DNA from: Utricularia gibba
Taxonomy: Eukaryota; Plantae; Magnoliophyta
Length of the DNA: 64,000 nucleotides
Assembly: GCA_002189035.1 (NCBI GenBank)
Contig: NEEC01000013.1
Location: 620,001 to 684,000 of the forward strand
Direction of reading: 5' to 3'
Shown: positions 39,061-50,949 of the stretch, piece after piece
Position numbering within the stretch: position 1 is the first letter of the stretch
Layout: every line of letters begins with the position of its first letter
The notes under the pieces: generated by a model
Seen by the model: only the letters and a program-made list of their open reading frames with translations
What the model was told of the DNA's origin: nothing
The model's database searches: none
Program-made: the position numbers and the translations under genes

Positions 39061-39469
39061 TTATGGGCTTGTGGGAGCCGGCGATGGTGGTGGATTGCCA
39101 AACCATCCCCCGTAACCGGGTGCGTACTTCGAGACCGGTGATGGTATCGATGTATAGGGATCCTCCCGTAGAATCCGTGATGACTTCCAGCTTTCTCCAC
39201 CTAACGGTGGGATGAAATTATGGATCCTCGATTCTCAATAGGATTATAAAATGATGTTTAAGGAAAACAGCAGACTGCATTCACAGAATGCCTACTTTTT
39301 CAATGAGAAATTAACTGAATCATGTATATCCGGCAGGGATAGAGATAGACAGAAAAGAAACATCGATTAGGAGAAAGAAATTACTTGGAAACTCCAGGAT
39401 TTTCATGCCCGCTAGACATGAAGTAATCATGAGGAGGAGCAGAACCACCACTGGAGCAGCCTTCGTCAT
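39061..39469 (-). CDS. Small secreted Pro-rich peptide precursor, copy 2 (HypSys-like), 2 exons, 74 aa; apparently intact
   Basis: Exon 1 39469-39385; phase-1 intron (A|GTAATT ... CCGTTAG|G); exon 2 39200-39061. Protein MTKAAPVVVLLLLMITSCLAGMKILEFPSGESWKSSRILREDPYTSIPSPVSKYAPGYGGWFGNPPPSPAPTSP. TATAAAA at 39512-39506. Confidence 0.8.
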
Positions 39470-39505
39470 TCCCAAAGAGGTTGAAGATCTTCAAGTGTGT
39501 ATGCG

Positions 39506-39550
39506 TTTTATAGGGGTCAATTTTTGCGGTCCTTTTTCACAAACTTGACC
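39506..39550 (-). promoter_or_regulatory. TATA box plus two W-boxes upstream of peptide copy 2
   Basis: TATAAAA on minus at 39512-39506; GGTCAA at 39515-39520 and TTGACC at 39545-39550 (WRKY W-box TTGACY). Confidence 0.6.
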
Positions 39551-39648
39551 AAGTCTTCATGTCATTGAACAAGTCTTAATATCACAGCAGCCACACAATC
39601 CGTTCAGATTGGGTCCCGCACCCAACTGGAGCAGCTCATATCACTCAA

Positions 39649-40560
39649 GGACGCGTTTGGTTTGAAGGTTAGATTTTAAACAAGATATCACTTATTTGAG
39701 TATATGAGTTTAATGAATGAAAGCATGTTTGGCAGAGGGGTTATTATTGTTTGGGTTGATTATTATATGCATTTAATAAGTTGATTTATAATACTTGTAT
39801 TTATCTAATTTATGTATGAAATTGTATAAATACCCCTATTGTCCAAATATATTATATATAATACTGGATTCTTATAAACCCTTCTGGATGTGTTTCTTGT
39901 GATTTGATGCCCTGTGCAATAGTGCTAATGGTTGATCTATTTGTAAGTTGGTAAGAGAAATTTTTATTATAATCGATATGCTGCTGCTTATTAGAATAAT
40001 TTATTAGGTTTTTATTTGCTAAAATCGATTATATGTATTGTTGTTTGTTGAAATAATTTATTATTTATTAAAATAATTGATAATGGGCATATCTCATCAG
40101 AAAATGTTGTTTGTATAAATAATTGCTATCTGCTTATAGTAACAAGTTTGTACTTTTTCTATATCTTTCTCTTCATTGTAGTTTCTTTTGTAGAAGAATG
40201 AGAAATAAAAATAATGATAATGGAAATGAAAACGATGGTAGCAAGAAATCAAAGTGCTAATGGAAACCTGAAGAAGAGAAGCGTTTAATTGATGCCTTAA
40301 AACAAGTGATGAAAGATGTGTAGAAGGTAAAAAATGAGTTCAGAGAACGTTAATACCAAGCAATCGAGTCAATTTTTCTTAAACCAAAGTTGAGGTTTGA
40401 TATACACACGTATTCTCATATTAGTTAAAAGGTTCACATTAGAAGAATGATTATTATTTTCATGTAAATTTCTTATCTAAATTCAATACCATCTTTAATG
40501 ATATGACTAACAAACTAGATGCTAGTGATGAGTTTATGAATGAATTAGAGTAGGTTAGAT
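39649..40560 (+). mobile_element. PIF/Harbinger left terminus with decayed Myb/SANT ORF1
   Basis: TIR GGACGCGTTTGGTT at 39649. 40240-40500 translates to KKSKC*WKPEEEKRLIDALKQVMKD, homologous to ORF 45539-45856. Confidence 0.65.
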
Positions 40561-42026
40561 ATTTATTTTGTATATCATTCAAATTTCAAATGACTTATAT
40601 GGATGATTACACGACAACATCCGCAAGATTCGAGGTCTAAGACATAAAAAAGATGAATAGGTCACTATGGCTTAGAATTCTTGCAAATAAAAAAGTGATC
40701 CGAACTATTTTTTCCTCTGATTATAAGTTTAAGTAGCATACTTTAATTTGATTTGAAGAGTTTGGAATAAAATAAAAGGTAGTACATGCATTAAAAGAGA
40801 AGTAAATTACCTTAGTTATGTATCATGCGCTAGGTATTTATAACACATATTTTTGAGTATTTAAAGATAACAAAATAATTAATATTTTACTACAAAACTC
40901 AGATTTTAGTGTATATTTCTATATTTTTTTAGATTAGCACCATTATTTAGATTTTTTATTCCTAATTGAGATTAAGCTATGATTTAGTCTCAATCTTAAT
41001 TCAAATCCTAAAAAGCCGGAAATGCACAGTGAAGATGGTAGGGAATGGTGACAAAAAACTGAGACTATAAGACATCAAATCCTAATTTTGCAAAGAGTAA
41101 ATTTGGAGAATAATGAATGGTGAGAAAATATCTCAACCACTTTGAAGAACTCACAGAGGCTTCTGGGGGTGAGGCGGGGAGAGATTTGAAAATAAGAATC
41201 ATGAAGAACAAAGAAGATAAAAGGAAGAACCAAGCTTATCATTGAACTCTCCTTTGTTTATTATGAGCACTACTCTTAGTGGGGAGTAGTTTTAGTTTTT
41301 GTGTGAACTATTTACAATTTACGATTTCTATTTTTATTTACATTTCTTTCCTTGTTATTTTACTGTGATATAAACATGTTTTAGTTACTATGTTACGAAA
41401 GTGTTTTATTTTCACTTAATATAATTAACTAAGCACCAAGGGGTGTCTTGGGACTAAAGTGAGATAGTGTGACAATCATTTTTTTGACTTTATTAACCAT
41501 AAATTACATCACTTACTTAACAAGCCAGAAAAAATTTAAAAGGGAGAGGTGGTGACACTCATCCTAAATAACCCTATTGGAGTGCCCATAGTGCCTAAGA
41601 CCCAAGGAGAATAACACCAAGGAAATTTTCAGTGTAACCTCCTATTAGCCGTGGATCAACATTATGAGCAATCAAAGAAGAAATCAATGCAAATCATTCT
41701 GGCCATTCCTTGTGCATCATATTTGATGGAAAAAAAAAAGATTATGAGCTACGTCCATACTTGTTCTAGATGCTTCTGATATTTGCTGGAAGGGAAAATG
41801 ATGACCCTAATCGTCATCTTCGTGAGTTGCACTCAACTTGTGCATTCATGCGCCTTAGAGTAACGGAAAATCAAGTCAAGTTTTGCGTCTTTCCCTTTAG
41901 TGTTACCGAATGAGCTTTGAAGTAGCTTTATAGACTTCCAACATCTTCTATCACCACATGGGATCAAACGGTTCAAAAAGTTTAATAACCATGATGGAAA
42001 GCAAAAGAAAAAAATTGCAGGAGCAT

Positions 42027-43300
42027 TGATAACACATATTTTTGAGTGGTATGCATAAAATTTACTCATTTTGTGCTACAAAAATTAAGCTTAATTGTCT
42101 GTTTCTATATTTTTGCACATAAGTACCGTAGGAGTGCACTTTTAGTCTTAGTTGGGACTAAATCTAAAAATTTACTCATTTTGTGCTACAAAAATTAAGC
42201 TTAATTGTCTGTTTCTATATTTTTGCACATAAGTACCGTAGGAGTGCACTTTTAGTCTTAGTTGGGACTAAATCTACGATTTAGTCCCAACCTTCTAACA
42301 GTTTCCTTCGAGCAATGCAGCATAGGTTGCAACACAAATCCCAAGGAGCCGAGTATGAACAGTGTGGTGGCAGAGAAGGTGACATAAGTCTGAAAAAGAG
42401 TACACACAAAGTCCAAGGAGGTGAAAAAGGGAGATTTTTGGACAAAAAGGGAGAAAAGGTGGGGAGAGAAGGGAGATCTCCCTTTGGAAACTCACGAACA
42501 ACTTTTTGGAGAAGGTTTTCTGGGGAGGAAGAAGGAGGAAGACTAGCAGGAACTGAGCTCATGCTTGAAGATTTTTTGCTGTTTTCCAAGGATTATTACT
42601 CCTAACTAAGATTAGCTAGCGACGTTTTCTAGCTTTATGTCGAACATTTCAGTTTCCTGCTTGTTTATCTTCTAGTAGTCGATTGAGACATGAATGCATT
42701 GTGGACGATGTTTTCTTTTCTATTTTCGTTTGTCTCAAGTATGAGTGGCTAAGTACTTAGGGGGTGCCTTGGGGTCAAAAGGGGAGAAACATGTTAATCA
42801 ATCTTTAGATCTAAACAGCCATAAGACCACTTCCTTAACAAACCAGGATAGATCCATGAGAGGGAAGTAGTGAAACCCAACTTAACAACCCTAATTAGAG
42901 GTAGACCAAAGATTAGGGGGAAAAATAAGAGTCCGGGTAGACCTAGACCTTGTGAATTAGTTGAATGATTTATGGTTTGTATGAGCTTATTTAGTGATGA
43001 GCATACATCCCCTAAGAGTCCGAAGGCATCACCCATTTCATTCCAGAAACAATCGAGCCCCAGAACCTATTACTTTTCTTTACTGTATTTCATTTTAGTT
43101 CTGTATTAGTCTTAGCTAAGATCAATTTTGCCAACATGACATTGATTTTATACATTAACTTTCACATAGCAAGCACCTGTTCTTCGTGTTCGACCCTAAT
43201 CACTATGCTCATAATTGTTTTATGGTTGAATGTGTATTAGGTTATAAATTTATTTGATAGGAAGATTTACATTTACGATGTGTAAATTTTTCGTTTCTCA
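42027..43300 (+). mobile_element. Athila-like solo LTR with perfect 5-bp TSD
   Basis: Starts TGATAACAC, ends GTTTCTCA; AGCAT on both sides (42022-42026 and 43301-43305); GTTCGACCC motif near the 3' end; no internal coding domain. Confidence 0.9.
42057..42276 (+). repeat. Perfect 110-bp tandem duplication inside the solo LTR
   Basis: AAAATTTACTCATTTTG...GGGACTAAATCTA at 42057-42166 and again at 42167-42276. Confidence 0.95.
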
Positions 43301-44889
43301 AGCATTATGATCACTTACATCGAATCTGTAATTGCTACCCCCAGCATGCACTCACTGAAAGTCAAATTCTGCATCACTTCAATGAAAGCCAAATTTTTGG
43401 ATTGAAAATCATTTATAACTCCACTACTAACATAAAAAATAATTTATAATGTTACATATATTGTAGGAATAATTACAATATCCTTATAATATTGTTTATG
43501 ATAATATATTTCATATTATTATTTATATCAATTCAAATTAATTAATTTTGATATGATATTATATTTTATAATCAAATAAAATTGAACTCAATTGAATATT
43601 GATTTTGTTTATATTTGTTCATTAAAGTAATCGACATAGATTTGTTTATGTTCATTTATTTACATTATTAAAACAAAAATAAATGATCTTAATCGAGTTA
43701 AATACAATTCGAATACGAGTTGTTCATTCGTTATAACAGCTCTAAAGGCTGACTCCCATAATTTATTAAATCTATTTTTACTTTTTATTGTCTTAACCTT
43801 TGATCTACCTTTAGTTAGATTTATTAAAATAAACACATCACCCTTTCCTTCCTTTTCGATTTATCTAAATTTGATAAGGAAAGAGTACAAAAATTCGATT
43901 GTCATAGACTCGAGAACAATAAACAAACTCACCCCTTTCTACCCTAAGGTGACACATTTTGTTTAGCTATTCATGATGAATGAAAACAAGATCAAGACAT
44001 AACACAACATCAATGATATATCTATAGTAGCAATCCGACTAATAGAAAATAATAATAACATTAACGAAACAAGTTCCCAAATGAAAAATTAAACAAACTG
44101 TTTTTTATCTACTCCTAATTGAGATTACTCCTAATTGAGATGAGTGTTCTTGTGAAAAAGTTATTTGGATTATCTGAAAATGAATTTTTCTTTTCTTCTT
44201 CTTTTTTTCTTTGCATTTCCTCTTCTAAAAGTTATCTATTTATAATATTCCTCTCATCTCTTTTGAAAATATCTCTTTTTAATATTCCTTATTGTTGTCC
44301 TCACTCTAGAATAGACCTTATAATTCATTTACTTTTTGATTTTTTTTGGTATGTGAATCATTGGGTATATGCTGCATCAATCAAATAAATGGGATTAACT
44401 CAAGATTACGACTAAATCTCCAATTTATTCTCAATCTGGATTAACATGATAAAGTTATTCTAAAACTTTCAAAAATATAAAAAATTAAAATTAAAATCCC
44501 AATTTTCGCAAGATAACACAGCTTTATATAGTTACAACTATGTAATGTTATAATAGACATATAGTTATTTTTATAATATTACAACTAAATCATTCATTTA
44601 ATAATTTTATAATGTTAAAATAGATATGGATAACAATGATAAATTTTATGGCACATTTTCATAACAAAAAAAGAGATAACCAATAGTAGGAGGACCTCTT
44701 GGGTTTTGGAGAATTTTATAGAGTATGAGCATTCTAGTAATTTATAAGAACAATTTGTATTAAGTATCCATATAAAGTTAATGATGCCAGACACCTTTAT
44801 TTCAATCCTCAAAAGATGTTCTTTGACATTGAAATCAATCAATTTTTCTCAAGAAAATTGTAAATTGGCATTGGCAAAAATGATATGAC

Positions 44890-45360
44890 TAATAAATATC
44901 CTTTCAAAACAATTGAAAGATCAAGTTTCCACGAATGTGTTAATGCCTTTCAACCATAATTTAAAATCTTGAATCAGTATACAATTATTGGAGATATCTT
45001 GAAGGTCTATATAGGAGAGAAAAATGAATTGAAAAAGTTAATATACTATGAAGGAATCTATCTTACAGTCGATATATAAAAATTGATACAAAATATGAAT
45101 TATATGATCATAACCATAAAGGTAAAACAATTGGAAAGATAATTGAAACAATTGGAAAGAGAATTGAAAAATATTAATTCGATTGAGAAATTACTAAGGT
45201 TCTTTCTATCACTATTGATAATGGTTCTTCAAATGATAGTGCAATGCTTTATTTGAAAAAAAAATGAAAAGTTGAAAAATATATATTTCTGTAATTGAGT
45301 TTTTGCATATAACATGCACTAGCATTCATTGAACTTAGTTGTAAGATATAGATTGATGAC
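44890..45360 (+). pseudogene. hAT transposase remnant
   Basis: ITIDNGSSNDSAMLYLKKK...EFLHITC...LNLVV-like degenerate translation; colinear with 31985-32150. Confidence 0.6.
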
Positions 45361-45538
45361 TTAGTTGTGAGGGCTTCGGTGCATGGTTAACCGTAGATTG
45401 CGTACTTCATTCCTTGTGTGGAGTTTTTCACTTGAAATTTGTTGATTTTAGAATCGATTCTAGAGTTCACTTGTTGTAAGTTGTCGCTGGTTTTGCTTTG
45501 TTCCTATTGCTTTATTTCCTTTGATATAGAGCATAGGT

Positions 45539-46450
45539 ATGCATAGCCCTAATATCGTCGAAGACTCCACCAGAAAAAGGAAGCGGGCTTGGAAGCCAGA
45601 TGAGGAGAAGGACTTGTTGCATGCTCTGAAGCACATAGTGAAAGAATGGTGGAAAATTGAGAATGGTTTCAAGGACGGTTATCACCAAGTGCTAGAGATA
45701 GAGTTTTTGAAACGCCGCCTAGGAACTGACATCTGTGCACACCCGCATATATCCAGTAAGGTGCGTATGTGGAAAAAAGACTACTACCTTCTTGTGGATT
45801 TTTTTAGCAAGGTCGGGTATTGGTTTCAGCGAGCTAACCTACACCGTAGATGTTGATGAGCAGGTCTGGAAAAAGATTGACCAGGTACATATCTCCTATA
45901 GTGCACGGTGTTGTATCCGGTGCTTATCTTGTGGTTATGTCAGCATGTACCAAGGCTGTGCATATTAAGATACAAAGTGTGGCTATATTACATGGAGTGG
46001 CGTAATAATATTTGGAAAGGATCGTGCTACCAGAGATAATACTATGAGCTTCGTAGGCATGATCAAGAAGAGAAAATTCATGGAAGAAGTTGGTGAGTAT
46101 GTGGATGCATCTTCGGATTGTCCCCTGGATCCGGATATCACTGGAAAGGATATGAACTTTTCATATGTTGAGACACCTTGTGATCCATCTAGTTGTAGTG
46201 CGGAGGGTGTGAATGTCACCCTAGAGAGTAGGGACTTCGAGTCACACAACAGCACCGACTCCTTGAGGCGGTCTGGACAAAGCGGATGGGGGCCGAAGGG
46301 AATCGATGATGATATGCAGTTCCTCCATGAAATGAAGGAGGTAAATGTGTGAACAGGTGAGGAGCTACGTCACTTGGGGTTAATAGTGGTGCAGTAGACA
46401 CGAGAATTGGTAGACAACCAGCGTTAAGCAGGGAAGATAATCAGAGGTAT
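45539..46450 (+). pseudogene. PIF/Harbinger ORF1 Myb/SANT-like DNA-binding protein, degenerate
   Basis: RKRKRAWKPDEEKDLLHALK...NGFKDGY...HISSKVRMWKKDY, then GIGFS...VDEQVWKK and IFGKDRAT: Myb_DNA-bind_3-type signature with frameshifts. Confidence 0.8.
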
Positions 46451-46699
46451 GTTGCTAAAACTTTATGTGATCCAACGTTTTACCATAGCGGAGATGATTA
46501 CTTTCAACCTTGCGAGGTTGCTTAACTTTCTTGCATCGAGTGATTGTGAAAGAGAACTGATTGTGTGTAGTCTAGCATTTGACCTTAGATTTTCATTCAT
46601 TTGTGCGGTTTTTGGAATTTTGATGTACTATGGGGATGGATGTATGGTATTGTGGTTAGTTTATGCATTGGATATTTTATCTTCAAAGCAAATATGCAT

Positions 46700-49600
46700 G
46701 GTATTACACATGAAAATGTGGGCCAAAGATGAGTACATGTAACTCTTATATGCAACACCGGATTGAAGTGAGTAAGGTTGTGTGCAGGGCATGAGCACTG
46801 TGGTAGAGGATAGGTAGTGTTTCAACGTCCTTTGTGGAAGCACTACATTCAAACAAGCGCGGTGTTACGCTTTGTATCACTAATCCGTAAACGTGGTGCT
46901 TCAAACAAGGTGCTACCACGAAATGATGGAAGAGCATCGCGTTGGCGTTGCGCGTTGTGAAGCATTGCCTATGGATGCACTGTGCAGTGGTCAGTTGTAG
47001 CACCAGATCTCAATATAGTCAGTGCTCCCGAAATAGTTGTTCTAAGTAATAACAAAGTTAGAATACCATAGTTCAAGTAAGATCCATGCAAATTAAAGGT
47101 ACGTCATCTATCAAGCAGTAACATTGTAGTGCTTTGATGAACATTAGAATGGTTTTGATAAATGTTGCAGTCTAACACATTCAACGCATCAAAAGAAATT
47201 TGCTATTCTACTACACAAATGACAAGAATTAATGTAGTATGGAAAACAAGGGTCGAATCCATAGGGAATGGTTGCAATTTCCTGAAGTTGATCACATTTA
47301 CTAAAAATAGGGGGGGGGGGGAGGGGGAGGGGGTTTTCAGAGAGTTTAGCTCTAATGTGCATAAGACTTAAAATAACAATAGGTGAAATAAACAAGCTGC
47401 AGGGATGAAAAGGGACTGAAATTAATGTGAATGTGCAGAAATCATAACATAAAAGTGACTTGGCTGAAATAAACGAGTTACACCAAGGTCAGGCTCTTGT
47501 ATCACTCAAGAGAGCCCATAGGTTTAAACCCAACTTTAAAACACTTAAAGACAGAGCAAGGGTTCACGGGAACAGTAAATAGCATGTTAAACTTAAAAGC
47601 AAACACGAAAGGCTTTAACAGGAACATGTTCATAAGCTGAAATAAGGTCTGCATGAGTTATCTTGTTCACAACAAGGCACCAGAATGTAATAGAAAGGAT
47701 GAAAACGAAGGAAGTAACAACATTAAGTTAAACAACAGAGAAAGTGCAGAAAAATGCAAATAAAAGTATCAAGCTGCTTATGTGGGCTGTAGATTTGCTG
47801 GAAATCAAAGTTCTGAGCAGAAAGCTGGTGTAGAAATGTAGATTTGAAGGTTGTCGGAGCCGTTCGCTGGAGAAACACAATTCTCCTTGCTCCCGCTCCC
47901 GCTACAGTTCTCTGTCTCTCTCTTCCTTTTTCCTTTTTAAGCTCAAAAGTAAGGGTAGCTTCATCTTTTCCTTAGGCTTCTAGAAGAGAGATCTCTGCTC
48001 CAAATCTTATCTTTTTAGAAGAGCGGCTGCTGTCGTCGAAAAGTGATTTTGCACAGCTTTTCTGTCCCTTTTCACTTGTCAACGCGGAAAATGCACTGCT
48101 ATAGTACTAGCTCTTACCCTGTTAAGACTTAAACACAGACTAGAGAAAAATCTTAGAGTTTTTGGCTCAGTTGTTGCCAATTGTTTCCAATTGAGCTTGT
48201 TTTCACAATAAACACATTTTGACAAACTAAATACACAAAAGTAGACAATTTAGCACACTAAACAACATTTGACCCTACAAAACACACCTAAAAATAAATA
48301 TAAAAACACAATAAAAACAGTGTTATCATGCTTCCACAGTGGGTGCTCCTTGTTTATCGGACGTTGACATACACGTCAGTGATTGAAGAATGTTGGAACA
48401 TCCACTTGGTCAATGAGTGGTTCCAGAAACGGCCTGATATCACCCCCGAACCAGGGAACAATTGTTGACCGTGGTGTACTTGTAGCGGGTCGGGAATATA
48501 GCATTCTCAAGCTGTTCAATGAAAGTATTCCATCACCAAATGCAACATGGAGTGGAGCAAGATAGTGATGAGACACTCACTGGGTTGTGTAGTGACTTGG
48601 ATGGGGCATCGTCGATGAGTAATTTATTAAGGCGTTGATATTTGCCCTTGAACTCTATGTTGGCACCCCATATCTTAACATCTTCAACTTAATGGTGTTT
48701 TCCCTGTTGTCATGCCCTAGATAACCAATGTCCAATGTCTTGGATCCATCTCATTAGAAGATAAGCTTGCCAACACCTTAAGGTCCTAGTAACCACTGGA
48801 TTACATCGTGCAATTGTCAACTGAGACATATTACCCAGAAAGTGAAATGTCAGCATCTTGCGGACCTCACTACATATTCATTGGGCAGACTTACCGTCCT
48901 CTTGAAGACCAGGTCGCTATGTCAAAGTGTTTCATGCAAACTATATCAACTTATGTGCTCTTGGTCTGAGATACACTACAATAGCAACAATAGTATCGAA
49001 ACACATTAAAAATATTAAATTGATATCAAACTTGACATCCCATAAATGGCTATGGTTGAACGTAGCACATTACCATTTCGCCCATAAATGACCGCATTTG
49101 ACCTTGGAGTTCCCCACCTCACATCCCGAGTATACACAATGTTTGCAAGTACGCTATTTATATTGAATATTAATAACTTCTGTGGTGGGGCTACTTCATC
49201 ATTCGCATGTCCACCACATGGCCACCTGCACTCATAACATACAAGTCATCCACATAGTTCAAGATTCTTTGCATACAATCTCTCCAACTCGGTGTACTTT
49301 GCAGTGGCAGCTCTACACCCATCATCCATTGTCGAAATTGGCGTTGCCCCATTATTGTCACTTTCTGGCTGCATGTTTTCGCCCTCGTGATGCAATACGT
49401 CTTTTGCATCTTTTTTCGTGCTCTTAACTGTAGATGATGTGTTCTAGGGGCATTGGCAAGATGTCTTCAAGCGACTTTGTTCTGCTAGAGAACAAATTTA
49501 AAAACATCTTTTTTGCATACTTTGGCAAGACCTCCATTCCTACAACATCATGATAAAAATAGTATGCCATCTAATGCGCATAGTTTTAGAGTAATAAAGT

Positions 49601-50900
49601 ATGTGCATGTGATTACCGGATGGCTCTCCAACAATGACACTATCAATCTTGTCGGCTATTCTAGATTTTTGAGTGGGCAAACCCATACAAAACTAGTCCA
49701 TCAATCATCATATGTGATTTTAACATCTGTCATGAGAACCATGCTTGATTTACCATGTAGAGAATAGTGAGGGGTCTCCTTTCGTTGCACACACACAGAG
49801 ATTGCAAAGAAGACACGCATTTTCAAAGGTATATCCTCCTCTTCCTAGGTCTGCAAAAATGCGAGAACGTGCACGAAAGAATGAGAAGTCAAGTGCGAGA
49901 GTGGGATTTCAAGTGCAGCAAGTATTTGCACCAAGAATGGAGGCAAGGACAATCGCAATCCACATCAAAAGTGCTCGGTGCCGACGACGAATCCGGTTGC
50001 TCCAACTCTGGGCGACGGTTTGGAATCGGACGTCTCGCCGAGTAATTTGTCCCACATCGTATACCCGTCAGTAATTGAGAAGTGGATACTTGGTTTTTCA
50101 CACATCAACATCTACAGAAAAAATGGAAATAGTGCTACTGAAAGAAAGGAAGAATCTGAAATGCGTATAAATAAAGTCGCCTAGTGTTCTGTGCATCATC
50201 ACGTCGGTCTTCCGACGTGGGTGTCAAGGAATCCCGTGTATGTGGTGCTGCTGCACATATCCCGGAAGGAAGGAGAGGTAAGGGTGAAATGTGAGGTGCC
50301 ATTATTATGCGTAGGTGGGGAATTAATAACCCATTGTAGTTAACAACCGCCTTGTGCATTTAATGTGATAATTGCACCACTTGACTTATTTCTTATGGAA
50401 AAAAGAGATCTTCAGACAAGGCAACATGCAATGCTGCTGTGTGTGTAGTGAATCACCTGCATCTAAAACATTGGATATTACGAATCGCAGTGCTTACTCC
50501 AATGAGTAGTGGTGTTCTACCTTTTATCACATAGTAACATGGGAAAACTTCATACTCATGTTTTATCAAAATTTCGAAGCCTCGGACAACGCAATATGTG
50601 GTGCTGCTATGTGCATAGAGTCCTACAGGTTTTCCGAAGCACTTCGTTCTCAGATCCCGATGCTTGGTCCAACAGTCCTCCATGTAATACCTTTTATCCC
50701 ATGATAACACACATCATAGTGGTAGAATTCCACCACTATTAGATGCAAGCACCGAATATCGTGAGTAGTGGTGTTCATGTGAATGTACCCCCATTGTATG
50801 TGTCGCCATGCATTGGATATGTATGTATGTGATGCGTGTTCAATCTTTCTAATGCATAGAAGATTCACTTTAACAAGTTCAATACAAACATCATGACAGT
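46700..50900 (-). pseudogene. Degraded TE-associated coding relic, DUF1985/Ulp1-like (MULE-associated?), split by a solo LTR
   Basis: Fragments LLTGIRC (cf. DUF1985 ITGLRC) near 50060, KCFGK near 50590, and HHFVVAP near 46920. Many stops; family assignment is tentative. Confidence 0.35.
47156..48328 (-). mobile_element. Athila-like solo LTR
   Basis: Inverted ends TGATAA...TTATCA; GGATTCGACCC motif on minus near 47235; no coding domains. TSD is poor (GGTTT vs TGCTT). Confidence 0.75.
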
Positions 50901-50949
50901 TTCAAAATGGTCATTTAGTAAAAGCAGCAATACGAAAATTCAAAGTAGG

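Larger units (their letters stand above)
41560..43430 (+). pseudogene. Ty3/Gypsy gag remnant, copy 2, split by a solo LTR
   Basis: Colinear with 35200-35760. Removing 42027-43305 rejoins GGAGCAT|TATGATC, matching GGAGTATTATGATC near 35660. Confidence 0.75.

Noticed and set aside
42281-42605. ORFs on both strands (68-102 aa)
   Set aside because: Purine/pyrimidine-skewed sequence inside a solo LTR; low-complexity translation.
50049-50059. GTCCCACATCG, a perfect plant snRNA upstream sequence element (USE)
   Set aside because: No TATA at the Pol II or Pol III spacing and no recognisable snRNA downstream; it lies within a TE coding relic.
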